Position numbers and translations under genes: made by a program
Shown here: positions 9,871 through 21,348 of the stretch, piece after piece
How positions within the stretch are numbered: position 1 is the stretch's first letter
Layout of the letters: the number at the start of each line of letters is the position of its first letter
Notes under the pieces: model-generated
The model's database searches: none
The model's input: only the letters and a program-made list of their open reading frames with translations
Told to the model about the DNA's origin: nothing
DNA from: an uncultured Chloroflexia bacterium
GTDB taxonomy: Bacteria; Chloroflexota; Limnocylindria; Limnocylindrales; CSP1-4
Direction: 5' to 3'
DNA length: 64,000 bases
Assembly (NCBI GenBank): GCA_963833225.1
Contig: CAWHXD010000008.1
Coordinates: 480,001 to 544,000 of the forward strand

Positions 9871-10167
9871 GTGGCTCCGGGTCGGCAGGTGGGGCACTCG
9901 GGGGGGGGTGCACCCGAAGCGTCGCCGGTGGGGGCGCTCGGCGGGATCGCCCGGGGGGTCATCGGGCCACGGCGATGGTCCGCCCGGACGCCGCGGGCGG
10001 GCACTGCGGTCGTGGGGGGTCTGGGGTGGTCGAGAGCGGTGCAGGCTGGTACCAGGGTCCCGGTCACGGTCGCCCGGCCGATCCCGGCGCACACGTCGCC
10101 CGGCCGAACACGAACAAGCCGCCGGCCCGTGATGGACCGGCGGCCTGCGCTGCAATGACCTGGGGGA

Positions 10168-10506
10168 TCAGCCCTCGGCCGTGTCCGCCACGACCTCCAG
10201 CTGCTCCGTGACCTCGGTCGCGGCCGCGTCGGCCGCCTCCACGGTGGCGTCGCCGCTCGATCGCGCCTCGTCGACCGCTGCCGCTGCCTTCTCGCGAACC
10301 TGGGTGATCCGCGCCTCGAGCTGCGCCTGCATCTCGCTCACGCGGCTGTCGAGACGGGCGCCGAGGGCGTCGAGGTCCCGCCGGGACAGATCGTCGCGGA
10401 CCTCCTGGTACGCCTCGCGCAGGTCGCGACCCGATTGCACCGAGTACGCGACGGCGCCCATGGCACCGACGACGAGCCCGGCCAGGAAACCGACGATGAG
10501 CTTCAT
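10168..10506 (-). CDS. YtxH-like protein (N-terminal TM plus coiled coil)
   Basis: GFLAGLVVGAMGA then a helical acidic region; RBS GGAGG. Confidence 0.65.
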   Translation of the reverse strand: MKLIVGFLAGLVVGAMGAVAYSVQSGRDLREAYQEVRDDLSRRDLDALGARLDSRVSEMQAQLEARITQVREKAAAAVDEARSSGDATVEAADAAATEVTEQLEVVADTAEG

Positions 10507-10634
10507 GGCTGCCTCCTATTCCAGGTAGATCTGCCCGACGACCATGGTCATCACGCGGCGTTGGGGTCTGAGGACAGCCTAGCGGATGTAGCCGTGCCGC
10601 CCGGCGACCGGCCCGGCGATTGGCCCAGCCGACG

Positions 10635-13103
10635 TCACCCGGGATCGGCCGCGAGCGGCGTCTGCGGCGATCGCCGGGGGGCCGTGCTCCGCGGCCGACG
10701 GACCCTCGGCTTAACCCCGGCCGGGGGGCCGTCGGCCGCGAGGGTCGCCTCGCGGGCGGCAGCGGTCGACTCGACGAGCTCCGCCGCCAGCAGCGGATGG
10801 GCGAAGAAGAAGCCCTGTCCGTAGCGACACTCGATCGTCCGCATCAGACGTGCCTGCTGGCTGGTCTCGATCCCTTCCGCTACGGTGTCGATCCCCAGCG
10901 AGTGGGCCATCGCGACAATTGCGGCCGCGAGGCCGGACGTTCGCGATGTGGCTTTGGCATCCTGGGTGAACTCGGTGGCGATCTTGAGGGCGTCCACCGG
11001 GAACTGTCGGAGGTGGCTGAGCGAGAAGTAGCCAGTGCCGAAATCGTCGATGTAGATCCGGATGCCGAGCTCGCGCAGGGTCACGAGCGTCGCGATGGTC
11101 AAGGGGGTCGCTCGCAGCAGCGCGGTCTCCGTGATCTCGAGCACGAGGCTGGTCGGGTCGACGTCGTTGTCCCGCAGCGCGTGTCGGACACCCTCGACGA
11201 AGTCATGCTCCTGGATCTCACGCGCCGAGACGTTGACGGCGACAAACATATCCGCCGGTACCGCACCGGCCCGGCGCCACGCCGCGGCCTGGCGACACGC
11301 CTCGCCAAGCACCCAGCGCCCGATCGGCAGGATCGACCCGTGCTCCTCGGCGATCTCGATGAACTGGCCGGGGGCGATCAGGCCCTTCTCGGGGTGGCGC
11401 CATCGGACGAGCGCTTCCACACCCGACAGCACGCCGGTCTTGAGTTCGACGATCGGCTGGTAGCGAAGCTCCAGTTGATCCAGCTCGACCGCCTGCTGGA
11501 GCTCGATCGCCATCTCGTGACGATCCCGGATCGCCGTGTGCATCCCAGGATCGAAGACTGCGTAGCCGGCCTTGCCGTTGGCCTTCGCCATGTACATCGC
11601 CACGTCGGCGTTGCGAACCATCTCGGCCGCGTCGCCCATCGCGTCGCGGGCGCTCGCGATGCCGATGCTGGTCGTGACCACGACACGCTGGTCTCCGATG
11701 AGATACGGAGCGCGGAGCTCGCGGACGAGACGATCGGCCATGGCAAGCGAGCGCCGAAGATCCGGATGATCCTCGGTCAGGATCGCGAACTCGTCGCCAC
11801 CGAGCCGGGCGACAAGGTCGTCGCTCCGTACCAGGCTCGCGATCCGTTCGGTGACCCCCACCAGGAGCGCGTCACCGGCCGCGTGACCCAGCGTGTCATT
11901 GACGACCTTGAAGTCGTCGAGGTCGATGAACATCACGGCCGAGATGCGATTCGCGGACCTCGTCGCGGGATCAAGGACGCGTTCGAGGCTGGTCTGGAAC
12001 GATCGCCGGTTGGCGGCGCCAGTCAGCGCATCGCGCTCGGCGAGATCCTGGACATTCTTGAGCAGGACGGCGTTCCGCAGGTTGAGGGCCGCGATCACGG
12101 CAGCCTGGGCGACCACCGAGACGACCCGGCGCTCGACGCCAAGAACCGACCGCGCGTGGTGCTCCAGCACGATCAGCCCGAGCGGCCGCCCATCGGCGAG
12201 CATCGGCGCCACCACGAGATTGCGGGCGTCCGGGAGCACCCTCGCCAACTCGGCGTCGACCCGTGGATCAAGGCGGCGGATCGCGAACGGCGCCCGCAGC
12301 TCCCAGGCCCGTGTCGCGATAGCCTCCGGCGGCAACGAGGAGGTCGGGGGCTCATCGACCCCGTGCGTGGCCAGGGCGATGAGACGGTCGTCGGACATTC
12401 CGAACAGGACAACCCGGGGGAATCCGTACCGGGAGACCAGCGCATCAATGGTGAGTCGCGCCTGCCGGACTGGGTCTCCCTCATCGTCGAGGTGCGCCCC
12501 GAGCTCGACGAGGGCTTCAAGGTCGGCCCGCCGCTGGCGGAGCTCCTTCTCGTTCATGGCCGAGAACAGCGACGTCGCGAGCGCGAACAGCCAGAAGGCG
12601 GTGACGCTGAGGACTGGCATCCTCTCGAATTCGAGCGTCACGCCAGGCTGGACATCCACCGCGGGCACCAGGCTTGCCGCCTGCGCATAGAGGACCACGA
12701 ACAGGAGCAGCGAGTGCCACAAGGCGATCTTGAGGCCCGTGCGGTACGAGGCGAGCAGCGACACGGCGACGAGGTGGAGGTACACGAGGAACCGCATCGG
12801 GCTCTGGGTACCGCCTGTCGCGTACATGGCGAGGGCCAGATAGAGCCCGTCGACGAGCAGCATCACGGTCAGGGCCGTGAACGTGACCCGGGGCTGGCGC
12901 CAGCTGAGCCACTCAAAGGCAAGGCTCAGGACGAGATAGCCGACTGACGCCCACAGCAAGCCGTCGAGCCTGATGGCGAGGGCGGCTCCGCCCGCGACGC
13001 TGAACACCACTGTGACGACAGCGATGCCGACCCTCAGGGCCAGCAGGTAGCGGAGGCGATCGCCGAGGGTGGCGACGTCAGTCCGCTCGCGGGTTGCGCT
13101 CAT
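10635..13103 (-). CDS. Membrane sensor-GAF-GGDEF-EAL c-di-GMP enzyme
   Basis: About 6 TM helices, GAF-like region, DALTG, RSDD I-site, GGDEF, EAL, DDFGTG. Confidence 0.92.
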   Translation of the reverse strand: MSATRERTDVATLGDRLRYLLALRVGIAVVTVVFSVAGGAALAIRLDGLLWASVGYLVLSLAFEWLSWRQPRVTFTALTVMLLVDGLYLALAMYATGGTQSPMRFLVYLHLVAVSLLASYRTGLKIALWHSLLLFVVLYAQAASLVPAVDVQPGVTLEFERMPVLSVTAFWLFALATSLFSAMNEKELRQRRADLEALVELGAHLDDEGDPVRQARLTIDALVSRYGFPRVVLFGMSDDRLIALATHGVDEPPTSSLPPEAIATRAWELRAPFAIRRLDPRVDAELARVLPDARNLVVAPMLADGRPLGLIVLEHHARSVLGVERRVVSVVAQAAVIAALNLRNAVLLKNVQDLAERDALTGAANRRSFQTSLERVLDPATRSANRISAVMFIDLDDFKVVNDTLGHAAGDALLVGVTERIASLVRSDDLVARLGGDEFAILTEDHPDLRRSLAMADRLVRELRAPYLIGDQRVVVTTSIGIASARDAMGDAAEMVRNADVAMYMAKANGKAGYAVFDPGMHTAIRDRHEMAIELQQAVELDQLELRYQPIVELKTGVLSGVEALVRWRHPEKGLIAPGQFIEIAEEHGSILPIGRWVLGEACRQAAAWRRAGAVPADMFVAVNVSAREIQEHDFVEGVRHALRDNDVDPTSLVLEITETALLRATPLTIATLVTLRELGIRIYIDDFGTGYFSLSHLRQFPVDALKIATEFTQDAKATSRTSGLAAAIVAMAHSLGIDTVAEGIETSQQARLMRTIECRYGQGFFFAHPLLAAELVESTAAAREATLAADGPPAGVKPRVRRPRSTAPRRSPQTPLAADPG

Positions 13104-14666
13104 CAGCTTGCCTCATCAACGAATTCGACCAGCGTGTCCGACATCGACCTCGGTGCCGCCCGCAACTTTGGGTCGCGAGCGTCCAGCGGGCCCTGCACCA
13201 GCAGGAACAGGAGCACGGCCAGGGCGAGGGCCATCGGGAACCCGAAGCTCGTGGCGACGTTGGCGGCCACGGCTGGCTGAACCGCAGCAGCGACCCCATC
13301 GACGGCGGTTGCGACAAGCGAGCCGACGAACTCACCCAGGCCCTCGTCGGGCCGCGGGCCGGCAGGGTCGGAGCCGCCGGGAGCGGTCTCGCTCGCAGGC
13401 GTGCCCGATCCGTTCGATGCCGGTCGGCCGCCACTCAGATCGGGTGTGGTGCCCTGGGAGCGCCCGCCGCCGGCAGTGAGGGCGAAGGTCGGCGACAGCG
13501 TGGCGGTGGGTCGGCGTGGGCGACCGTCGGCGTGGGCGTCGGGGTCGCGGTCGGCGTGGGTGTGGGGGTCGGCGTCGGGGTCGGCTCTGGAGCGACCGTC
13601 GGCGTGGGCGTCGGGGTCGCGGTCGGCGTGGGCGTGGGGGTCGGCGTCGGGGTCGGCGTGGGCGTCGGGGTCGGCGTGGGCGAGGGGGTCGGCGTGGGCG
13701 TGGGCGAGGGGGTCGGCGTGGGCGTCGGGGTCGGCGTGGGCGAGGGGGTCGGCGTGGGCGAGGGGGTCGGGCGTGGGCGAGGGGCGTCGGCGTGGGCGTG
13801 GGCGAGGGGGTCGGCGTGGGCGTGGGGGTCGGCGTGGGCGAGGGCGTCGGGGTCGGGGTCGGGCGTCGCGCGTGGGCGAGGGGGTCGGCGTGGGCGCGGG
13901 GTGGGCGTCGGGGTCGGGCGTGGGCGTCGGGGTCGGGGTCGGCGTCGGCGTGGGCGTCGGCGTGGGCGTCGGGGTCGGCGTGGGCGAGGGGGTCGGCGTG
14001 GGCGTCGGGGTCGGCGTGGGCGTCGGGGTCGGCGTGGGCGTCGGCGTGGGGGTCGGCGTGGGCGTCGGGGTGGGCGTGGGCGAGGGGGTCGGCGTGGGGG
14101 TCGGGGTCGGCGTGGGCGGGGGTCACGATCCGCGTGATCTTGTCCGCGAGATCGTCCCTCTCCGGCGCTCCGACAGGCTCGAAGCAGTTGAGGACTTGCC
14201 ACCAGCTCCCGCTGAGTCCGCAGATTGTGTCTGTTCCGGCCGCTGCCGCCACGTACTCCACGGAGCACGTGCCGCTGGTGCCCGTATGGCACGTCAGGTC
14301 CGGGCTCCAGCCATTGCTCGGGTCGTTTGGGCTGCCCCACAGGAAGTACACGCGCACCAGCGTGTCGGATCCGGTGAGCAGGGTGCCTTCGGAGTCGTAG
14401 ACCCGGGCGACGATGGTGAACGTCGTCCCCATGGGGCCGGACGCCGTCTCGGGCTCCAGGTCGATTGAAGCCAGCGTGGACCGCAGAGCCGTCTTCACCT
14501 CCGGGGCAACCGTCCCTCGAATGCCGAGGCTGTGCAACTGGCCTGTACCGGCGTCGGTCGCGGCGACCGACAGGACCGCACCCGTGCCGCTCGTGGTCAG
14601 GGCAAGGAGGACCGCGAGCAAGGAAGCGACGATTGGTGAGGCCACGCGCGGAACGCCAGAACGCAT
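13103..14666 (-). CDS. Surface protein: signal, Cys-containing Ig-like domain, long (Pro-Thr)n stalk, C-terminal TM anchor; frameshifted within the repeat
   Basis: N-term MRSGVPRVASPIVASLLAVLLAL; manually read C-term FGFPMALALAVLLFLLVQGPLDARDPKLRAAPRSMSDTLVEFVDEAS*, whose TGA overlaps the next ATG (TGATG). Confidence 0.7.
13500..14125. repeat. Low-complexity 6/12-bp tandem repeat encoding (Pro-Thr)n on the minus strand
   Basis: About 600 bp of GGCGTG/GGGGTC/GGCGTC/GGCGAG units with several indels. Confidence 0.9.
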
Positions 14667-14976
14667 CCTGTTCCCCGACGGAGTCCATGCCACCAGACGG
14701 TCGGCACGACGCCTTGCGGCGCACGCCAAGTGGACAGCCTGCGCGCGACTGGGACCACCGTTCGTTCGTCCTGTCTGACCCAGGTGCGCGGACGCACCGG
14801 TCCCAGCGTGGCACCGTGGCAACGGCCAGGTCCCACGATGCGGCGGGACTTTGGTCCTGCCGCTGGGGTGGGTTGGTGTCGTCCGGAGGGGCCCGGATCA
14901 GTGGCGCGAGCGCCCCGGGAAGCCGGCGACAGGTGAACCGCGATCGGCTCGTCCACTGGCTCAGCAGCCGGTGGTT

Positions 14977-16720
<1,744 letters not shown>

Positions 16721-16796
16721 CAGCAGGACCTCCGGGAGTGGGGGCGCGTGGCGAACAAACGCATTGGGACGGCGTGGGTTCGGCTGGTTGTGCGGC

Positions 16797-18725
16797 TCAT
16801 CCGGCGACCACCGGGGACCGGGCCAGGAGCCGTGTCTGGTCGCGGCGCTTGTCCAGGGACCGGCGCTGCTCGTTGAGCAGGCGGCGCTCGTTGAGCAGCC
16901 GCTCCACCGTGGCGGTGTCACCGTCGCGCTCGGCTTCGGCCGTCGCGTCGCGGTTGAACCCGGCTCGATCCTGCCAGTCAACGTCGTCGAGCTCGAGCGC
17001 GAGCCGCTCGATCTCGTAGGCGAGGGACCGGTCCGACAGGTCCCGGGGGTTGGGTCCGGGTCGCGAGACCAGCGCCTGGCCCAGGGCACGGCTCTCCTCG
17101 TCGAGGCCCTCGAGGATCGCCGCCAGCGCAAACGGGGGCCGGACTCCGTGGTCATCCCGGGTGCGGGCCTTGACCACGGCCCGGAACAGCTCGCGGGCCA
17201 CCTGGCTGGGCATCCGGTCAGGCCCCAGCTCGTCGAGCAAGCGGTCATGGGCCTCGGGAACCAGCAGCACGAGGCGCAGCAGCTCCTGCTCGGTCCGTGA
17301 GACGCCGCGCAGGATGTCGTTGACCGGCAACGAGTCCGCCGCCGCGATCACGGCGTTCGCGGTGAACCGGGTGTCCGAGCGGCGGCCGCTGCCCTCGCGC
17401 AGCGCCACGAGGAGGGCGCCGGGGCCGATCCCGGAGAGCTGGGCGATCTGCTGGAGGTACGGGTCCCGCATCAACGGCGGGAGGGTCCGCACCACCTCGA
17501 TCGCCGCCTCGGCGAACCGTGCCTTGCCGCCGGCCGCCTTGAGGTCGTTGGCGCGCGCGTGAACATCGATCAGGTGGTCCACGATCGGGCGCGCCGTCCG
17601 GACGTCCTCCCGCCAGCGGTCGGGCTCGTCCCGCAGGACCTCGTCCGGGTCCCGGCCCTCCGGCAGGCGGACCACCCGCACGTCGTCCAGCTCCACGCCG
17701 GAGTCGCTCGACGCCAGCTGGCGGATCAGCTCCTCGAGCGCCGTCGCCCCGAATGTGCCCGCCTTCTCGCCGGCCGCATCGACGTCGTAGGCGAGGGCGA
17801 TGCGCTTGGCGTACCGGGTGATGAGCGCGACCTGCCCGGGCGTGAGCGCCGTCCCGAGGCTGGCCACGACGTTCTCGAAGCCCGCCTGGTGAGCCATCAG
17901 CGCGTCCGTGTAGCCCTCGACGATCACCGCCTGGCCGGTCTTGCGGATGGCCGTCTTCGCGCGGTCGATGAGGTACAGCGTGCGGCTCTTGTCGAACAGC
18001 GGCGTGGCTGGCGAGTTGAGGTACTTGGGGCCGTGATCCCTGCCGTCATCCCCCGTGCCCTCCTTGCCCAGGATCCGCCCACCCAGGCCGACGGGGTGCC
18101 CGTTGGCATCCCGGATGGGGAAGATCACCCGCTCCCGAAACCGGTCGTAGGCGCCACCGCCACGCTGGCGCGAGCTCGCGAGCCCAACCTCCAGCAGGTC
18201 GGCCGCGCTCACCTGGCGCTTGCTGGCGAGCTGCCGGACCAGCTGGTCCCAGCCGCCGGGCGCCCAGCCCAGCTGGTGCTTCTCGATGGTCTCGTCGGTG
18301 AAGCCACGCCCCTTGAGGTACGCGAGGGCAGGTTCGCCGGTCTTCGACTTGACCAGGACCGCGTGGTAGAAGGCGATCGCAGACTCGAGCACGGTGCGCA
18401 GCCGCGCGTTGCGCGCGTCCTCGGCCTTGGTCCGCTCGTCCAGCTCCACGCCCGCCCGCGCCGCGAGCGTCTTGAGCGCCTCCGGGAACCCGACCGAATC
18501 CCGCTCCATCACGAACGTGAAGATGTCGCCGTGCTTGCCGCACCCGAAGCAATGCCACGTGTCGCGCGCCGGGGTCACGACGAACGATGGGGTCTTCTCG
18601 CCGTGGAACGGGCACAGGCCCTTGAGGGTGGTGCCCGCCTTCTTCAGCTGGACCGCCTCCCCCACGACGTCCGCGACGGGCAGGCGACCCTTGATCTCGG
18701 CGACGGTGCCGACGGCCAACCGCAA
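16797..18725 (-). CDS. dnaG: DNA primase
   Basis: CPFHGEKTPSF...CFGC zinc finger, PKYLNSP, Toprim EGYTD and YDVDAAG, DPDE. Confidence 0.97.
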   Translation of the reverse strand: MRLAVGTVAEIKGRLPVADVVGEAVQLKKAGTTLKGLCPFHGEKTPSFVVTPARDTWHCFGCGKHGDIFTFVMERDSVGFPEALKTLAARAGVELDERTKAEDARNARLRTVLESAIAFYHAVLVKSKTGEPALAYLKGRGFTDETIEKHQLGWAPGGWDQLVRQLASKRQVSAADLLEVGLASSRQRGGGAYDRFRERVIFPIRDANGHPVGLGGRILGKEGTGDDGRDHGPKYLNSPATPLFDKSRTLYLIDRAKTAIRKTGQAVIVEGYTDALMAHQAGFENVVASLGTALTPGQVALITRYAKRIALAYDVDAAGEKAGTFGATALEELIRQLASSDSGVELDDVRVVRLPEGRDPDEVLRDEPDRWREDVRTARPIVDHLIDVHARANDLKAAGGKARFAEAAIEVVRTLPPLMRDPYLQQIAQLSGIGPGALLVALREGSGRRSDTRFTANAVIAAADSLPVNDILRGVSRTEQELLRLVLLVPEAHDRLLDELGPDRMPSQVARELFRAVVKARTRDDHGVRPPFALAAILEGLDEESRALGQALVSRPGPNPRDLSDRSLAYEIERLALELDDVDWQDRAGFNRDATAEAERDGDTATVERLLNERRLLNEQRRSLDKRRDQTRLLARSPVVAG

Positions 18726-18772
18726 CTCCTCCCCAGGGTCCCTGGTTCGATTCCGGCGGAAATGAGTGCGGA

Positions 18773-18849
18773 CCTGTCAAGTCTTGACAGGCCTCGCCGC
18801 GGCCGAGGGTACCCCCGGTCCGGGGGCTTGACAAGGCAGGGCTGTCAAG
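18773..18849. promoter_or_regulatory. Two TGTCAAG/CTTGACA inverted repeats upstream of dnaG
   Basis: CCTGTCAAG-T-CTTGACAGG (18773-18791) and CTTGACA-N9-TGTCAAG (18827-18849). Confidence 0.45.
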
Positions 18850-19090
18850 GCCCGGGAGGTCGCCCGAGGCCGATGGCGGCTATGAAATCCCGATTCACTG
18901 CGTCCGAAAAGGCATCCCCTTAAGATCTGGGAACTGCCGGGCCCAGCCGAGCCCGGTGACCTCGTGCCCAACCACCCATGCGACAATCCGTCCGAGCCGC
19001 GTGCAATCGGATGGTCTCTGACAACCCAACTGTCCAGTTCGACCGACCTTTTGTGTCGATCGTCGCGGTGCAGGAACGCAGGGGTGGCTG

Positions 19091-19392
19091 ATGGCTGAAC
19101 AGTGGTTCGCCGGGCAGGGTTGGTCGGCGGCCAGTGCTGCCCTGCTGATATTCGCCTTGTCAGGTGCGATCCTCGTGTGGCTCCGCGCTTCGGGCTCGCG
19201 CCAGTTCGATCCGCCGGTCAACCGCGAGACTGTCCGGTGGGCGGCGATCGGGTTCGCAGCAATGGGGACGGCCTGGCTTGGGGGACGGCCTGGCTTGTCG
19301 GCGCAGTGGCGGGACTCGGTGGAGTCGTCGTCGGGACCGTCGCACTCGTCGTGATCTTCGGCCGTTCGTTGAGGGCACGCGCTCGATTGTAG
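19091..19392 (+). pseudogene. Small membrane protein frameshifted by a 17-bp tandem duplication
   Basis: GGGGACGGCCTGGCTTG twice (19264-19297); removing one copy joins ORFs 19091 and 19102 into one hydrophobic protein. Confidence 0.6.
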
Positions 19393-19595
19393 CGGGCTAT
19401 ATCCCCACCTTGTCCGCGCGTCCTGCCGGCCTATCGCGTCGCGAGACCGGCAGCAAGCGTTGCCAGATTGTTGGTGGCCAGGAGACGCTGACGTTCGCCT
19501 CGCGTGGTTCGTCGAGCGGCTGGCCACGCACCAGCCGACACTCGGGCCCTTGCCCACGGAGTCTCGTCTGGGGCTTGAGCGCCGAAGAGGCGGGT

Positions 19596-19916
19596 TCAAG
19601 GCCCTCGACGGACGGCAATGCCCCAGATGATCGCACCCACGGTCATTCCCACGGCCCAGATCACGAAGCCGACCCCGACGAACACGAGAACCGTCAGCAA
19701 CCGTAGATGGTGCCCATCCTCCCTGACGGTCGCGATCACCATCGTCCACAGGATCGGGAAGAGGATCCCCCAGAGGAGCAGACCCCACGTTGCCGGGCGC
19801 CAGCGTCTCGCCTCCGAGACGACCGGGCGCAGGCGTTGCCCCCCTTCCGGCAGGGAGGGTGGTGACGCGGGCCATTGTCCCAGGTGCTGAGGGCCAGGCC
19901 GACCGGGTTCGTCCAT
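19596..19916 (-). CDS. Small 2-TM membrane protein
   Basis: WGLLLWGILFPILWTMVI and LLTVLVFVGVGFVIWAVG helices. Confidence 0.6.
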   Translation of the reverse strand: MDEPGRPGPQHLGQWPASPPSLPEGGQRLRPVVSEARRWRPATWGLLLWGILFPILWTMVIATVREDGHHLRLLTVLVFVGVGFVIWAVGMTVGAIIWGIAVRRGP

Positions 19917-20224
19917 CGCCGACAGTCTATTGCCGCTCGGTGCGCGCTGCCTCCGTCATCCGGTTCGCAGCAACGAGCTCGGCAAGCGGTGGCGTTCCGG
20001 TGGTGCGTGAGTGGTGCGTCTTCACCAACAGCTACCAACAGCTGCTGCCGGTCCTGTCGCGTCGGGAGACCCGCGGGGCGTGTTGACTGCGTTCGGATAG
20101 AGAAGACGGGTCGCGGCGCGTTGCGGGTTGGCCCGCACCCCCGTGTCGGGGGAAGGTCGCCCTTGCCAGCAACACGGTGTCCGCTCGATGCTTGATCGGC
20201 GGTGTCGGCAACGAGGGGCAACGG

Positions 20225-21181
20225 ATGTCCAGACCAGGACTCGCCATAGTGGCACTCGTGGTCGTCGTGGCGCTCAGCGGGTGCCTCCCGTCATCAGTGC
20301 ACCGGGCGGTCACCGCCAGCACCTCAGCGGCTCCCACTCCGACGCCGCGTGCTGACCTCTGCTCGCAACTGGCGCAGGCGTTCGCGGAGCGCGACGCCCT
20401 CGGCGACGCGTTCCGGCTCGTCATTGCCGGCAAGGTCGAGGAGGCGATCGCCGCGGCCGGACTGATCCGGCAGCGGCTCGACGCGCTCCTTGCGGATCTG
20501 CCCGACGAACGCACGCCCGCGGAGCCCCAGCGGAGCCTCCGCGGCGTGGTGGAGGCGAGCGCGCACCTCGTCCAGGGGACCGCGGAGATCATCGACGACC
20601 CGCGTCGGCCAGTCCCTGATGCGCAGCTGATGCTCGTCGAGGGCCAGACCCTGCTCGGAGTGATCGACGCCGCCTTCTCGATGAGCGAACCGGGCGACAC
20701 GGTGAGCCAGGCCTGCCCGGGACTCGCCTTCACGGCCCAGCCGGTGAGCTTCCCACCGCGGCCATCGCCGGCTGACCTCGGGCTTCCCGATCGAGTCGGC
20801 CGCATCTTCTTCGAGCCGCACCTGGGGCGGATCAGCAACCCTGACATGGTCGAGATCCTCGAGCGCCTCGGCGCCCGCCCGGACCTCGGGCGCGAGATCG
20901 ACGTCGATGCGGCATTCGTCGAGGGCGGTCACCTCCAGATCGAGGTGTATGACGGGGTGACGGTCAACCCGGTCGACTTCGCCGTTGCGATTGCGGGAAT
21001 CCTGGCAACTGCAGGCGTCAAACCAACCGAACGGCTGGTCGCCGGGTTCTCCGTCACGGCCTTCGTCGATCGGGACGATTCGGACCTGTCGCTGCATGTG
21101 GCGTCGCGCGGCGACCGTCTCCTCGTCTTCGGCGGTTTCTCCGACACCGATGTCGAGGCGATCCTCGCGGCGATGCCCTGA
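20225..21181 (+). CDS. Hypothetical lipoprotein
   Basis: MSRPGLAIVALVVVVALSGC lipobox; RBS GAGGGG. Confidence 0.7.
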   Translation: MSRPGLAIVALVVVVALSGCLPSSVHRAVTASTSAAPTPTPRADLCSQLAQAFAERDALGDAFRLVIAGKVEEAIAAAGLIRQRLDALLADLPDERTPAEPQRSLRGVVEASAHLVQGTAEIIDDPRRPVPDAQLMLVEGQTLLGVIDAAFSMSEPGDTVSQACPGLAFTAQPVSFPPRPSPADLGLPDRVGRIFFEPHLGRISNPDMVEILERLGARPDLGREIDVDAAFVEGGHLQIEVYDGVTVNPVDFAVAIAGILATAGVKPTERLVAGFSVTAFVDRDDSDLSLHVASRGDRLLVFGGFSDTDVEAILAAMP

Positions 21182-21265
21182 CCGCGACATCGCGAGCCCC
21201 CCGACCGGGATCCAGAACCTGATCGGTCTGACCGGTCCCCCTGCTGATGACGATCGGCACCTACA

Positions 21266-21303
21266 CATCTCACTGATGGCTGAGATGCTCAGCGCGTGCT
21301 GAG
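21266..21303 (+). promoter_or_regulatory. Putative repressor operator upstream of the TDT transporter
   Basis: CATCTCA-N8-TGAGATG followed by CTCAGC-N4-GCTGAG. Confidence 0.4.
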
Positions 21304-21348
21304 ACATGGCCGACCGCCCACCTTGCGACATCGAAAGGGACGCCACAC

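Noticed and set aside
9871-10167. Riboswitch in the leader of the protease gene
   Set aside because: GC-rich stems are possible, but no known consensus was recognised.
13500-14125. Repeat tract as CRISPR array
   Set aside because: No unique spacers; it is coding Pro-Thr sequence and no cas genes are present.
18733-18760. GGTCCCTGGTTCGATTCCGG resembling a tRNA T-arm or att site
   Set aside because: No D-arm, anticodon arm or acceptor stem, and it does not match the tRNA-Asn 3' end.
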